From the IMG/VR virus record IMGVR_UViG_3300010399_000035, positions 21,036-85,035 of that record: DNA of 64,000 nucleotides, one strand, 5' to 3'. The stretch is from a virus. A program made the position numbers and the translations under genes. The notes under the pieces were generated by a model, which saw only the letters and a program-made list of their open reading frames with translations, did not search any database and was not told the DNA's origin. This document shows positions 28,296 through 37,901 of this stretch, in pieces; positions within the stretch are counted from its first letter, which is position 1, and every line of letters begins with the position of its first letter.

Positions 28296-28589
28296 CTACT
28301 TGTTGGCGCAGTGCGACGTGTGTAGAAACTTTCTACGCAAGCGAGCAGTTGCTTCGGCTTGAGTACGGGCACATTGCGCCTCGGGCACCACGTTCGCCAA
28401 GGCTTCGGTGGATTGCTTGGGTTGATCCAATTGCCAAGCAGCTATAACCATAGCTACGGCTTGGTCGCGGGTGTAGCGAAGCGTTTGTAGGGCGGTGAGT
28501 ATAAGTTGTATATCTTCCGCCGTGTAGAGCGGTGCGGTATGTCGGGCGAGTTTAATCGCTGTGCGTGAGAGGTTCATTGTTGATACCAT
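28296..28589 (-). CDS. Hypothetical protein
   Basis: Operon packing. Confidence 0.5.
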   Translation of the reverse strand: MVSTMNLSRTAIKLARHTAPLYTAEDIQLILTALQTLRYTRDQAVAMVIAAWQLDQPKQSTEALANVVPEAQCARTQAEATARLRRKFLHTSHCANK

Positions 28590-29163
28590 GATTGGTAGCG
28601 GAGAGATCTTCAGTTAGCTTGTCGCCTGGGACAGGTTCGTAGCGGATAGGTTCGTTATCCATGTCGTGTAGCGGTATAACTGCGCGGCTCAGCGGAGTCG
28701 TTGTTGGCGGATAGGCTAATAACGATGGTGGCATCCGAACTGGTTGAACTTTGTACTTCGGATAGCGTACCTTCACTCCAGTCTGCAAGTTCCACGTTTC
28801 GAAGTATTCGCGGTATTCCAGAATCACGTGTACGTTGTCCAACCACGGACACAGCACGACTTCAATCGGGCGAAGGTAGGCGACTGGTTTGCTGGGAGCA
28901 GTCCGTTCTTCTAGGAGCGATAGCAGATGGTGGTTCATTCGAACGGAGAGTGGAATGCTGTCGGCTATATGGCGAAGCTCTTCCATTCGAGTTTGGAGAT
29001 CCTCGAAGGTGGTCGGTTTGGTGGGTGCGGAAGCGGTGGTGGCATTCAACGCGAACAAGCCTGAAGGCGATTCGTGCTTTGGCCGTTGGCCGACGTACTC
29101 AGCGAACTCGGCTGGTATTGGATTAGTTGGGTGGTTTGATTCAGAGTTCATTGTTAGTAGCAA
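28552..29163 (-). CDS. Hypothetical protein
   Basis: Operon packing. Confidence 0.55.
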   Translation of the reverse strand: MLLTMNSESNHPTNPIPAEFAEYVGQRPKHESPSGLFALNATTASAPTKPTTFEDLQTRMEELRHIADSIPLSVRMNHHLLSLLEERTAPSKPVAYLRPIEVVLCPWLDNVHVILEYREYFETWNLQTGVKVRYPKYKVQPVRMPPSLLAYPPTTTPLSRAVIPLHDMDNEPIRYEPVPGDKLTEDLSATNHGINNEPLTHSD

Positions 29164-29446
29164 ACCTTTCCATTCGTTCTATCTCTTCCATCGTCTGCGC
29201 GATGGGGCCGCAGAAACCTAGGTAATGGTCCGGGGCATCAGTATGCACCATGACCACGATACCTGCCTGGGCAAGGTCTATCAAAGTTTCTCGCCATTCT
29301 TCTGGGCAGGATACCCAGGCGTTCAGCGAGACCACGATCATGCCTTCGGGTGGTGGGTCGCTGGGGCGGGTGGGTATCAGTTGCCGTAGCTTGCCCATAG
29401 TGAGCAGGCCGATTTCGCGGGTGTGGTCTGGGTCGAAGAAGGGCAT
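29141..29446 (-). CDS. Hypothetical protein
   Basis: Operon packing. Confidence 0.55.
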   Translation of the reverse strand: MPFFDPDHTREIGLLTMGKLRQLIPTRPSDPPPEGMIVVSLNAWVSCPEEWRETLIDLAQAGIVVMVHTDAPDHYLGFCGPIAQTMEEIERMERFATNNEL

Positions 29447-29453
29447 TATGTAG

Positions 29454-30152
29454 TTACTGAGAACCTTTAGGTAGTGCAGCTGGCGGCATTGGTCCAGGGG
29501 CCATCGCTTCGCGGAGGTCTTCTATATATTGCTGGGTAGCGGCGTCCTTATCCAATTGGCGGACCACCCACGATGGGTGCCGCACGGCGCGTAGCCGGAA
29601 CGTATGGCCGGAACGCTGTGCGATGTTGGGTGCGTAGTCTAGCGGAACTTTGCCGGTTACAATGATGATTCGCGGTTGGAGTAGGCGAACGAGTTCGGTT
29701 AAGCGGGGCGCGCAGGCCTCTATTTCATTATGGTCCGGAGCACGGTTCGCTGGATGGCTGGGGCGGAGTGCCCATGGGCGGCAAGCCAGTAAGTTGGTCA
29801 GGGTATAGGGGGCGGTGTTGCCAGTGGCAGCGATACACTCCCGCAGAAGCTGCCCTGCAGGGCCGACGAAGGGCCGTCCAAGGACGTTCTCCCCAACTCC
29901 GGGCCCTTCGCCGATAAACATGAATGGGGGCTTTAAATCGGCGTGTACACCATATACGGGCGTGGTGGGGGCGGACGTCGTCGCTGTAGTATTCGGTGGC
30001 AGTTCGGCTAGCGGTGGCTGAGCCGGGACCACGATTTCGAACAGCACATGATGCTTCGCGGAGACTCCTAGTGGGCAGCGTTGGCAGGTAGACCACTCAT
30101 TTACGAGCGGTTCAAGGATTGGGAGGGAGCGGAGGATGGTGTCGTTAGACAT
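29454..30152 (-). CDS. Uracil-DNA glycosylase family 4-like protein
   Basis: CQRCPL, FIGEGPG, RPFVGPAG, TNLLACRP, EIEAC and HPS motifs. Confidence 0.85.
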   Translation of the reverse strand: MSNDTILRSLPILEPLVNEWSTCQRCPLGVSAKHHVLFEIVVPAQPPLAELPPNTTATTSAPTTPVYGVHADLKPPFMFIGEGPGVGENVLGRPFVGPAGQLLRECIAATGNTAPYTLTNLLACRPWALRPSHPANRAPDHNEIEACAPRLTELVRLLQPRIIIVTGKVPLDYAPNIAQRSGHTFRLRAVRHPSWVVRQLDKDAATQQYIEDLREAMAPGPMPPAALPKGSQ

Positions 30153-30436
30153 TAGATTGGTTCGTAGGACCGGGCGAATTCGTCGGGAGTTAAGACTCCG
30201 AAGTGCTTACTTTCGACATGTTGAACTACCCAGTGATCCGGTGGGATTTCTAGTAGGCTTGTTTCCAGCTGAATCACAAATAAACCATTCTTATGGGCGA
30301 ACACTGCGCCAAATGTCTCTGGAGCTCTATAAAATCGGTCGCGGAACCATGTCGGCCATTCCAGGTGAGCGTTAGCCTCGTACTTCATCTGGAAGGCTTC
30401 AATTAAGATTGGGCGGTGGCGGTATCGTTTAACCAT
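30152..30436 (-). CDS. Conserved phage hypothetical protein
   Basis: YRHRPILIEAFQ ... F-x2-SYE pattern. Confidence 0.6.
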   Translation of the reverse strand: MVKRYRHRPILIEAFQMKYEANAHLEWPTWFRDRFYRAPETFGAVFAHKNGLFVIQLETSLLEIPPDHWVVQHVESKHFGVLTPDEFARSYEPI

Positions 30437-30656
30437 CAGCTGGGTCCTCTCCACGATGATAGTTGTCTGCGAGTAGCTGGCGGCGAAGGAACTCACCGGC
30501 TCCTTCTAAGTATCGTGGATGCGGATATCCTACTACGAACTCAGGCAGTCCAAGCGCCGCACAGCAGCGTTCCTCCGCGAAGTGCTGTAGGCGAAGAAGC
30601 TCGTCCAGAGAAGGGGCATCCACTTTGAGTGGAATGAACTGGATTGAAGTAGCCAT
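30429..30656 (-). CDS. Hypothetical protein
   Basis: TAATG overlap with the upstream gene. Confidence 0.45.
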   Translation of the reverse strand: MATSIQFIPLKVDAPSLDELLRLQHFAEERCCAALGLPEFVVGYPHPRYLEGAGEFLRRQLLADNYHRGEDPADG

Positions 30657-30886
30657 TAAGATTGCTTCGGGAGTACCAATGGCACGTTGCTCTCGCACCC
30701 TGGCGTCGGACAGCCGATGTACCGCTTCAGGACCTTGTCGTGATGGTCCTTCACTTCCACTACGCGGCTTGTATCAGTAGGTTCGAGTTCGAACTGCGTG
30801 CCGCACTGGGGACAGGTACCGGTCGCGCCGACAAGGGGCGAGACAGATTTGTGCTGGGAGATCTTGCCTGGCTTGGTGATTTTCAT
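30656..30886 (-). CDS. Small Zn-ribbon protein
   Basis: CPQC and CPTPGC. Confidence 0.55.
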   Translation of the reverse strand: MKITKPGKISQHKSVSPLVGATGTCPQCGTQFELEPTDTSRVVEVKDHHDKVLKRYIGCPTPGCESNVPLVLPKQS

Positions 30887-30947
30887 TGTGGTTTTGGGCG
30901 CTCCTCTGGGAGAGATGTCTCCGCGAATAGTAAATAGCTAATGATAG

Positions 30948-31496
30948 TTAGGTATCGGTAGATCGGGCGGGCTTCGGTTTAGTCCTGTCAAGTAGGTCCA
31001 CTACATACTTCAAGCGGAGAGAGTTGCGTTCAATGTCGTCCAAGATCTCATGAATGGGGCGCAAGTTTACGTATACAGCGAGCGCCTCCTTGGTCAGTTT
31101 AGCTTCCGTCACCATCCAGTAGTTTGGGCGGGTGATGGCGTCGATGCCGGATAGTTTCTTCTTGAGCTCCGCGAAGGCGTTGAAGTAGTCGGTGAGTTCG
31201 GTGCGGAGTTGCTGCAGTCTGTCGTGCAACTGTTCCTGCTCCGCCAGTAGTAGTGCCCGTTGGAGGATCGTGAGCGACTGTGGTTCGAGGTTATCTGGAT
31301 TGGTGATGGTGCTCTGCAGGAATTCGTACATTGCAGAGTCGTAGGCAAGTTGAGCCATTTCATCCGCTTCGTAGTACTCTTGACACGCTCCAGGATAGGA
31401 TTGGAACTCCATCATACACTTCTGAAGCCGTTGAGCAGCTGCAATACGCTGTTCGTTCAGGTCGATTAAAGACTCAGGGATTATGGGTTCGGACAT
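30948..31496 (-). CDS. Hypothetical helical protein
   Basis: 182 aa ORF. Confidence 0.6.
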   Translation of the reverse strand: MSEPIIPESLIDLNEQRIAAAQRLQKCMMEFQSYPGACQEYYEADEMAQLAYDSAMYEFLQSTITNPDNLEPQSLTILQRALLLAEQEQLHDRLQQLRTELTDYFNAFAELKKKLSGIDAITRPNYWMVTEAKLTKEALAVYVNLRPIHEILDDIERNSLRLKYVVDLLDRTKPKPARSTDT

Positions 31497-31514
31497 GGGC
31501 TTGGTTCGGTTGGA

Positions 31515-31985
31515 CTAATACTTCTTGCCTCCGTCAAGCACTCTATTGGCTGGCTTATGGTCCTCGCGGACGGAGTTGTAGGCCAACTTCTCCGCCATGA
31601 TTTCCGGTAGGTCCGGGGCATATTCGCCCGCCATATCATAGATGCGAATCAAGCAATCGGCAAGTTCGGTGGCGAACATGGAGCGGTGGGGCAGCTTATC
31701 ATCTTGGAGGCCTTTGCGATGGCCTTCCATGGCTTCGGCGAGTTCGCTCACCGTAAGCATGAGCAGTTCGCCAATGTTGCGCTGGAGGGGTTGATGGGTG
31801 TGTGGATCGTTCCACCAACCACAGGCAACCGCATTGCCGTGGCATTGGGCGACTAGGATTTGGGTGGCACCAGAGACCGCGACTGGATCTAGAGCGAAGG
31901 TGCCAGTGGAGGGATCATACGGCGCGGCGTCGAAGCGGTCGGTTTGGTACAGCGGTTGCGAGGCGTTCTCGGTTGTTTCGGACAT
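31515..31985 (-). CDS. MazG-like NTP pyrophosphohydrolase
   Basis: SELAEAMEG...ELADCLIR, a double ExxE/ExxD motif. Confidence 0.8.
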   Translation of the reverse strand: MSETTENASQPLYQTDRFDAAPYDPSTGTFALDPVAVSGATQILVAQCHGNAVACGWWNDPHTHQPLQRNIGELLMLTVSELAEAMEGHRKGLQDDKLPHRSMFATELADCLIRIYDMAGEYAPDLPEIMAEKLAYNSVREDHKPANRVLDGGKKY

Positions 31986-32053
31986 TGTTGATTCCTTTAA
32001 ATAGTGTTCGCCGAGGAGTTCCAGGTATGGATACTCCGATTCAAGTAGCTTTC

Positions 32054-32581
32054 TCACTGTTGATTGAAGTGCCCCTTCAGGTACAGACCCATCCCCACAC
32101 TGTCCGATATATGCTCGTCGAACTTCATGCCTAGCCGATGCTCAATACGTCGATCTACCACCTTCTTCGGCATGGTTCCCTTCCACTCGTTCACTGGAAG
32201 GAAAGAGTAGTACCCACACCTGCTCTGGGCCACTTGGGCCAGGCGACCTACCATCACGGCTAGCTTCACTAGGTCGCCTCGGGTGGCCGTGACCGCTCCA
32301 CCGGACAGCATGAGCGCAGGGTATTCGATGTGCACGATAGTGACTTTGGACTCTTCGGTGCCAGGAAACTGGAGCGAGATCATTAGGTCGGTGAACTGAG
32401 ATATGATGGAGTCACATCGCTCTTCCCAGGTGCCCCCATTCGTCCAAGTATTAGCATGGGCCTTGGCGGGGCGGAAGCAGTCCACGGTTACTGGCGGTAC
32501 TAGGTCGGGCCACAATGGATTACTCCACTGGGCAACTCCGGTGCCGCCTACGCCTGGGTCAACGGTTAGCGTAAAGTACAT
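32054..32581 (-). CDS. RuvC-like Holliday junction resolvase
   Basis: VDPGVGGTGVA, IEYP, WKG...K, DSVGMG. Confidence 0.7.
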   Translation of the reverse strand: MYFTLTVDPGVGGTGVAQWSNPLWPDLVPPVTVDCFRPAKAHANTWTNGGTWEERCDSIISQFTDLMISLQFPGTEESKVTIVHIEYPALMLSGGAVTATRGDLVKLAVMVGRLAQVAQSRCGYYSFLPVNEWKGTMPKKVVDRRIEHRLGMKFDEHISDSVGMGLYLKGHFNQQ

Positions 32582-32814
32582 TAGGTAAGTTGTTGGACCT
32601 CGGCAATCGCCAAATCAAATACGTCCATCAAGTCTACCAATTCATACTCTCTCAACATGAGAGTCATCTGATCTCCGCTCCCATCTAGACACTTGAGACT
32701 GAAACCAATTAGCCCAGGAGTAGCGCTATCCACTGTCAGAGTGATGTAGTACTTTCCGTCTAGATCAGATGTATATTGGTTTATTGTTCGAGTTGCCTGT
32801 AGTTCTTGGTTCAT
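32581..32814 (-). CDS. Hypothetical protein
   Basis: Operon packing. Confidence 0.55.
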   Translation of the reverse strand: MNQELQATRTINQYTSDLDGKYYITLTVDSATPGLIGFSLKCLDGSGDQMTLMLREYELVDLMDVFDLAIAEVQQLT

Positions 32815-33146
32815 TTTGTTGGTTGGTTCCTCGGCAGCAACCGGCTATGCGCCTCTATCGAGGCAATCTCATTAGCCTCGTTCACCTTCAGTAGAGGTTC
32901 GCAGAATTTGGCATCATAGGCGGCAATCCAGGCTTCTACGATAGCTATCACGAATGATTTGGTAATGTGGCCGCTGGTTCGCTGGAAGCGGATGCAGGCT
33001 CGCGTTAGCACCGCTTGGAGGCGTGGGTTCAGCTTCCATAGTTCGAATGGTGGATCGTCGGTGTGGGCGTCGAATAGATATAGGCGGGCGAAGTCCAGGG
33101 CTTCGCCAAGGGTAAGTCGGGTGATGGGTTTGGTGATCGGATCCAT
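32811..33146 (-). CDS. Hypothetical protein
   Basis: Operon packing. Confidence 0.55.
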   Translation of the reverse strand: MDPITKPITRLTLGEALDFARLYLFDAHTDDPPFELWKLNPRLQAVLTRACIRFQRTSGHITKSFVIAIVEAWIAAYDAKFCEPLLKVNEANEIASIEAHSRLLPRNQPTK

Positions 33147-33190
33147 TAGCTTTGATGGAGACGGTTCTATGTGGTGGGGGCTCCGCTAGT

Positions 33191-33493
33191 TTATTGATTT
33201 TTGGGCCCATCTTCTGGGAGAGATACTCCGCTATCCGTTTGGGCGTGGGTATCGATGAAGTCTGCTATCTGATGTAGGAACCGGGCGCGTTCGCAGCGGA
33301 AGTGGCTGCCTGATGGGGTGGGTTCATCATCATAGATGGTGGTGAAGAGTAGCGCGTTCAGGACGCTTTCGGCGTCTAGTTCGACGTACTCATACGGTGG
33401 GTCTTGGTTGGGTCGTGGGATGGATAGTTTGGTTCGGTGCATAGTAGGTGCGGAGCTCCTCCCAGAAGATGGGGCCTTTGGTTTAGTCGTCAT
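33191..33493 (-). CDS. Hypothetical protein carrying motif A copies at both ends
   Basis: Motif A at 33204-33231 and 33450-33476; start codon uncertain. Confidence 0.45.
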   Translation of the reverse strand: MTTKPKAPSSGRSSAPTMHRTKLSIPRPNQDPPYEYVELDAESVLNALLFTTIYDDEPTPSGSHFRCERARFLHQIADFIDTHAQTDSGVSLPEDGPKNQ

Positions 33494-33701
33494 CGAATTG
33501 AGTGTCGGTTGGCGGCTGATTTCCCTCCAAAACCCACGCCAGGGCAACGGCAGGCCAGAACAAAACCCAGCCAAGGAAGCAGCATCCAGCGGCTGCTGCG
33601 GCCAAGAGTTGAGTGGGGGCGGACCGCTGTCCGGCGAACAAGCGGAGGGAGAATAGGACGGAGACAACGATACCGACTAAGATGTAGAGGAAGAATAGCA
33701 T
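33483..33701 (-). CDS. Small two-TM membrane protein
   Basis: Two hydrophobic segments; GAGG RBS. Confidence 0.55.
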   Translation of the reverse strand: MLFFLYILVGIVVSVLFSLRLFAGQRSAPTQLLAAAAAGCCFLGWVLFWPAVALAWVLEGNQPPTDTQFDDD

Positions 33702-33761
33702 GGTTGTTAGTCTGATTCCTCTCCGCGAGCATAGGTCTCCGGAGATTTGTGTGCTGGGCAC

Positions 33762-34037
33762 TTACACTCGGAGGCGGTCTCTTCGCCGTCGAACGGCCAA
33801 TAGTACCACTCCCCCAGCTTGATCGCAGCCTTCTTCCTCGCAGAGGTATTCGATAGGGAAGGGCGACGTAAGCGGACCGGACCACTCTCCGTCTACAGCA
33901 CCAAGCAGTATTTCTCCCGTGAGGCCGATTGAAGACACCATCGGGCCATCAGGTGTGCCGAATCCAGAGACGAACACTATTTCAGGTGTGCCGCCTTCTT
34001 CCTTCAACCAGTAGTAGCCGTCTTTAGTGGGTTTCAT
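33762..34037 (-). CDS. Hypothetical protein
   Basis: KPTKDGYYW...WSGP pattern seen in small phage proteins. Confidence 0.55.
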   Translation of the reverse strand: MKPTKDGYYWLKEEGGTPEIVFVSGFGTPDGPMVSSIGLTGEILLGAVDGEWSGPLTSPFPIEYLCEEEGCDQAGGVVLLAVRRRRDRLRV

Positions 34038-35620
34038 TGTTGACTGTTTAGTTGCCTCCTCCAGAAGTTTGCGTCAATTGCCGCCATGAATAGCTTTGCG
34101 TTCGTTACCTTGGCGTTGACGGCGGCTACGATATCTTCGTCGATGGTGCGTTCGGTGACGAGATCGATGTAGAGCAGCGGCGTGGTCTTGTGTGGGTGGT
34201 AGATCCGATCCTCGCTTTGGGCGTTCACTTCGCAGCTGTAGGAGCGACTGTAGTTGATGATGGTGTCTGCAGCGGATAGGTTCAGGCCCATCTTCACGAG
34301 GGTTACTTGGCACAGGAGCACGCGGTTGGGTGGAGAGTCGGAGGAGGCGAACCACTCCAGTATTCGGGTGCGCTCCTTGGTGGTGGTTGAGCCAATCAGG
34401 ATATCGTTCGGTATATTGTTAGCATTCAATAGTTGGGCGACGTGCCGCAGTTCGCTGTTGAAGCGGAAGTAGACTACTACCGGTTGATTCGCCAGTTCGC
34501 TGGTTAACAGGCGTAGAAGTTCGTTGCGTTTGCCGGGGTAGAGTAGGTTGCCTTCGATGTCGCACCCCCCAGCTAGGCGAGCCAACCAGAGTTGCTTCAC
34601 AATCACGTGTTGCGTCTCGTGGCGGATGGTGAGCGGTGGACAGTTACCGACGATTGTATGGTTGGTGGATTCGGTGTCGAAGCCTTCTAAATCCAGTATG
34701 GCCGGAGGCCGGGGTTGGGCTGGGTTGGGTGGTTGGACGGTGGAATGGGTGCGGTGGGCGATATCGGTGACCAGAGCAGCGAATTCCTTCTCGATCATCC
34801 TATACTGCTTGAGTTGCTCTGGGGTGGGTGGTATGGTGTAAGTCTCCCGGACTTTATGGTTCGGTAGGTTCACGTCCTGGCGGCGGAGCACGAAGGAGCG
34901 GGTGTGGACGGCATCATGGATGGTTTGGCGGGTGTGGGGGAGGGGATCCCAACCGTCGCGGGAATCTATACCATTGGCGGGGGTATAAAACTTAGCGCGG
35001 AAGTGGTAGTAGTTGTCGCAGCCTAGGAACGTACTGTGAAGGAACTTGAACTGTTGGAATAGGTCCAGGTCAGACTCGGGTGATGGTAAGCCGGATAGGA
35101 TCATACGATGAGGGACGGTACGGAAACCAGCGCACATCGTGCGGGAGATCTGCGCTTTGGGGTTACGGAAGCAAGTTGATTCGTCGGCGATCACGACCTT
35201 CCAGGACATCGCGGCAATGGTGGGGTCAGCACGTAAGGCTTCATAGTTCAGCAGCACCCAGCGGCGTTGGTACCCGTTAGTAATAGAAGGGCGAAAGGCC
35301 CACTGCATGCGGAAGCGCCGTTTTTCTGGAGAGAGTCCAGTCGATAGGATGAAGGTTTCTTGTTCTTCGGTGAGTTCGGTGCGCCAAGCGTTAAGTACAG
35401 TTAGGGGAGCTAAGACTAGTACGGGGACGGGAGTGGTGGCCGGGGTCGGATACCACTGCTGAACGGTACGTATACTCAAAATCGTTTTTCCTAACCGCAA
35501 ATCGAGGAGGTACGCGGGGTGGCGAATACTGTTAGTGGTCAGCCACCGCAACGCGTCCTGCTGGTGGAGCATGAGGGTACGTTTGGGTTTGGTGGTTGGG
35601 GTGGAGTGGGTGGTGGTCAT
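34034..35620 (-). CDS. SNF2-family (SF2) helicase
   Basis: LRLGKT, IADES, LSGLP, GLNLSAA, QSEDRIY. Confidence 0.85.
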   Translation of the reverse strand: MTTTHSTPTTKPKRTLMLHQQDALRWLTTNSIRHPAYLLDLRLGKTILSIRTVQQWYPTPATTPVPVLVLAPLTVLNAWRTELTEEQETFILSTGLSPEKRRFRMQWAFRPSITNGYQRRWVLLNYEALRADPTIAAMSWKVVIADESTCFRNPKAQISRTMCAGFRTVPHRMILSGLPSPESDLDLFQQFKFLHSTFLGCDNYYHFRAKFYTPANGIDSRDGWDPLPHTRQTIHDAVHTRSFVLRRQDVNLPNHKVRETYTIPPTPEQLKQYRMIEKEFAALVTDIAHRTHSTVQPPNPAQPRPPAILDLEGFDTESTNHTIVGNCPPLTIRHETQHVIVKQLWLARLAGGCDIEGNLLYPGKRNELLRLLTSELANQPVVVYFRFNSELRHVAQLLNANNIPNDILIGSTTTKERTRILEWFASSDSPPNRVLLCQVTLVKMGLNLSAADTIINYSRSYSCEVNAQSEDRIYHPHKTTPLLYIDLVTERTIDEDIVAAVNAKVTNAKLFMAAIDANFWRRQLNSQQ

Positions 35621-35786
35621 GCGTTCAGGATATCCCAACCGAATGGATCGTACAAGTCGTAGCCATCCCAGCCTTCCGTGTCGGGCGGAGAGTTCTCTCC
35701 AGAAGACGCGCCCGAATGCTTGGCCCAAACTGCGAGTAGGATGCCGGCGAAGAGCAGAGAGGCAAGCGCGATTAGGAGTGATCGGT

Positions 35787-36146
35787 TCATGACTTCGCTT
35801 TGGTTGGTGGTGGTTCGGTAGTGCTATTTAGCTTAGAGCGGAACTTCGAATCCACCTTGTTCAAGTCGAGCACTTGGTTCCCTGGCTTCGAGAGTTCATT
35901 GATTAGGATGCGGGCTAGCTTATGGCCTGTCTCTATGGCGGGAACAGAGATAAGCGGAATCGGGCGCTCATCGTCGGTTAGCTTGCAGTAAAGGATTGGG
36001 GTTTTGGTGTTGGTAGTGTGGGCCGTCCATAGCTTCGATACGTGGGCGAAGTTAATGGTAGTGTGTAGGGTGGTGATCACCCATTTCTGGGTGAGCTCCA
36101 TTGGCATGGGTGCTATCGGTGGTTGGGGTTGGGGGTGGAGGGCCAT
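35787..36146 (-). CDS. Hypothetical protein
   Basis: 119 aa ORF. Confidence 0.5.
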   Translation of the reverse strand: MALHPQPQPPIAPMPMELTQKWVITTLHTTINFAHVSKLWTAHTTNTKTPILYCKLTDDERPIPLISVPAIETGHKLARILINELSKPGNQVLDLNKVDSKFRSKLNSTTEPPPTKAKS

Positions 36147-36325
36147 TAGAGTTTGCTACTGAAGTAGTTATCGCGTTGGAGTGCCTTGGCGGTTCGCTTG
36201 CGGCGGAGCGTGTTGCGAAGCCGGGGCACGAAGAACGGTACATGGGAGCCCATACCGACGCGGTATGATAGGTAAAGGATTGTTAGTGCGAGCGGCGGGA
36301 GGGTGTAGTGGATTAGGGTGTTCAT
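36146..36325 (-). CDS. Small membrane-anchored protein (59 aa, not in ORF track)
   Basis: MNTLIHYTLPPLALTILYLSY...; TAATG overlap. Confidence 0.4.
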   Translation of the reverse strand: MNTLIHYTLPPLALTILYLSYRVGMGSHVPFFVPRLRNTLRRKRTAKALQRDNYFSSKL

Positions 36326-36409
36326 TGTAGTTTGGGTGGTATTCTGGGAGAGATGCTCCGCTCTCGGTTTGGGTGGCGGCGAGAGCGGAGCTAGCTGTGG
36401 GTTGGTTAG

Positions 36410-37237
36410 TTAGTTAAAAGAAAGGTGGATTTCCTGTTGGTCGGCGGCGACTTGAGTGTAGTCCGAAACCAGACTACGGAGTTTTTTCAGCGTGTTAAAT
36501 TGCACCGCTGGGCTGAAGTTCTTCGCCACTTCCGTGAATGCATTGTAAGCGGAGAAGAGGGTCCTTGGTTCGAACTCGGGGTGGGGCGGGTTGGTCCACA
36601 GATGGTATACGTCCTCAAGGTGCCGCCACTTGAAGATTCCCCGCTCCCCAGCCTTCATGATGGCATAGGAGGCGTCGCGGTCGTCCATCGGGACTTGCTG
36701 CATGCCAACTGCCAGCAGTTGCACGGAGTCCAGTTCTTGGAGGTAGTTTTCCACGCCCTCGGCTACGGTCTCTTCCAGGTAAAGGCGGGATAGGTCCTCG
36801 GGGCTGAGTTCGGGGGTTTTGGATTGGGTGTAGGTATTCGGTTTGAGATGCCGATGCTTTAGCACGAAATCTCCGGAGAACATCCCATTGGCGCAGACAG
36901 CAATGCGCGCACCCACCGCGAAGGAGATCGCGTAGCGACCCAAGTTATCATGGCGGACGCCGAGGGAGAACGTGGCGGGGGAGCCGGGAATGTTTAGGTG
37001 GAAGTCGGTGTTAGAGGTATCCAAGTCGATCGCGCCGAAGAGGGCGCTTCCGTTGGGGTTGGTGTACCAACCTTCAGACTGGATAGAAAGGCCAACTTTG
37101 GTGCAGTAGTTGACGATGGTGTCCGCCAGGACGCCATGGTTCACGCCTTCCCAGAGGCGACCTACGTCGGTTCGCGGTGGCACTGGCACTTCGTGGAGTT
37201 GGGCTCGGGTCTGGGCGATGCCTGAGTTGTACAGCAT
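36410..37237 (-). CDS. DUF932-like protein
   Basis: GARIAVCANGMF, RH and LFSAYNAFTE motifs; own promoter and AAGGAG RBS. Confidence 0.65.
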   Translation of the reverse strand: MLYNSGIAQTRAQLHEVPVPPRTDVGRLWEGVNHGVLADTIVNYCTKVGLSIQSEGWYTNPNGSALFGAIDLDTSNTDFHLNIPGSPATFSLGVRHDNLGRYAISFAVGARIAVCANGMFSGDFVLKHRHLKPNTYTQSKTPELSPEDLSRLYLEETVAEGVENYLQELDSVQLLAVGMQQVPMDDRDASYAIMKAGERGIFKWRHLEDVYHLWTNPPHPEFEPRTLFSAYNAFTEVAKNFSPAVQFNTLKKLRSLVSDYTQVAADQQEIHLSFN

Positions 37238-37292
37238 TTGGGTGGGCTCCTTTGGTAGGGTCGGTCTTGGTACGACTTGGTTGACAGAGTAT

Positions 37293-37351
37293 ATTATGCC
37301 CGATCTTGGGGTGTTTGGGTGGGGTTTATTGGGGTATTTTCGGAATTATTT
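37293..37351 (-). promoter_or_regulatory. Promoter family B copy
   Basis: Minus strand CCCAAAC...GATCGGGCATAAT. Confidence 0.6.
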
Positions 37352-37680
37352 GATGGTAGGTTTCGTACCCAGAAATCTTTGATGGCGGCTTCCTGGTTTT
37401 CGTAGGTATAGGGAAGTGTGGTTAGTGACTGATTTGGGGCGGTTGGCAAGTATTCGCGTAGTAGATCGACGTAATAGTCGCATAGTCGCTCCACTGATTT
37501 CAGGTATTTAGCTTGCCGTTGGCAGCGGCGATAGGCGTGATGTGGGTTGCGGAGCCTTGGGTTGCTGATGAGTTTGGGCGTTCTTCTGGGAGAGATGCTC
37601 CGCGTTCGATATATAGTGTTTAATTGCCGCGAATAGGTTGGGTGGCCGTATATGGTGGAAGGGTAGGTTGGGTGCTTCAT
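37294..37680 (-). CDS. Hypothetical protein
   Basis: ATGA overlap upstream; contains a motif A copy. Confidence 0.4.
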   Translation of the reverse strand: MKHPTYPSTIYGHPTYSRQLNTIYRTRSISPRRTPKLISNPRLRNPHHAYRRCQRQAKYLKSVERLCDYYVDLLREYLPTAPNQSLTTLPYTYENQEAAIKDFWVRNLPSNNSENTPINPTQTPQDRA

Positions 37681-37901
37681 TTCGATTGGTGGGTGCGGGC
37701 TAACTGAGCTTTATAGTTTAGTGCGACAGTCTTCCACTGATCCCGCTCCCAGGTGCGAGTTTCGAGGATCATTTGTGTAGTTTGAAGTTGGTGGTTGGCG
37801 GACTGATGTTGCAATTCGTCAACGATCATAAACGCGGTAACCAATGCGGCTAGCACAAGCTGAACCAGACCTATAAACATAGTGTCGTTGCGTGGTTTCA
37901 T
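37677..37901 (-). CDS. Small N-terminal TM protein
   Basis: FIGLVQLVLAALVTAFMIV. Confidence 0.55.
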   Translation of the reverse strand: MKPRNDTMFIGLVQLVLAALVTAFMIVDELQHQSANHQLQTTQMILETRTWERDQWKTVALNYKAQLARTHQSK

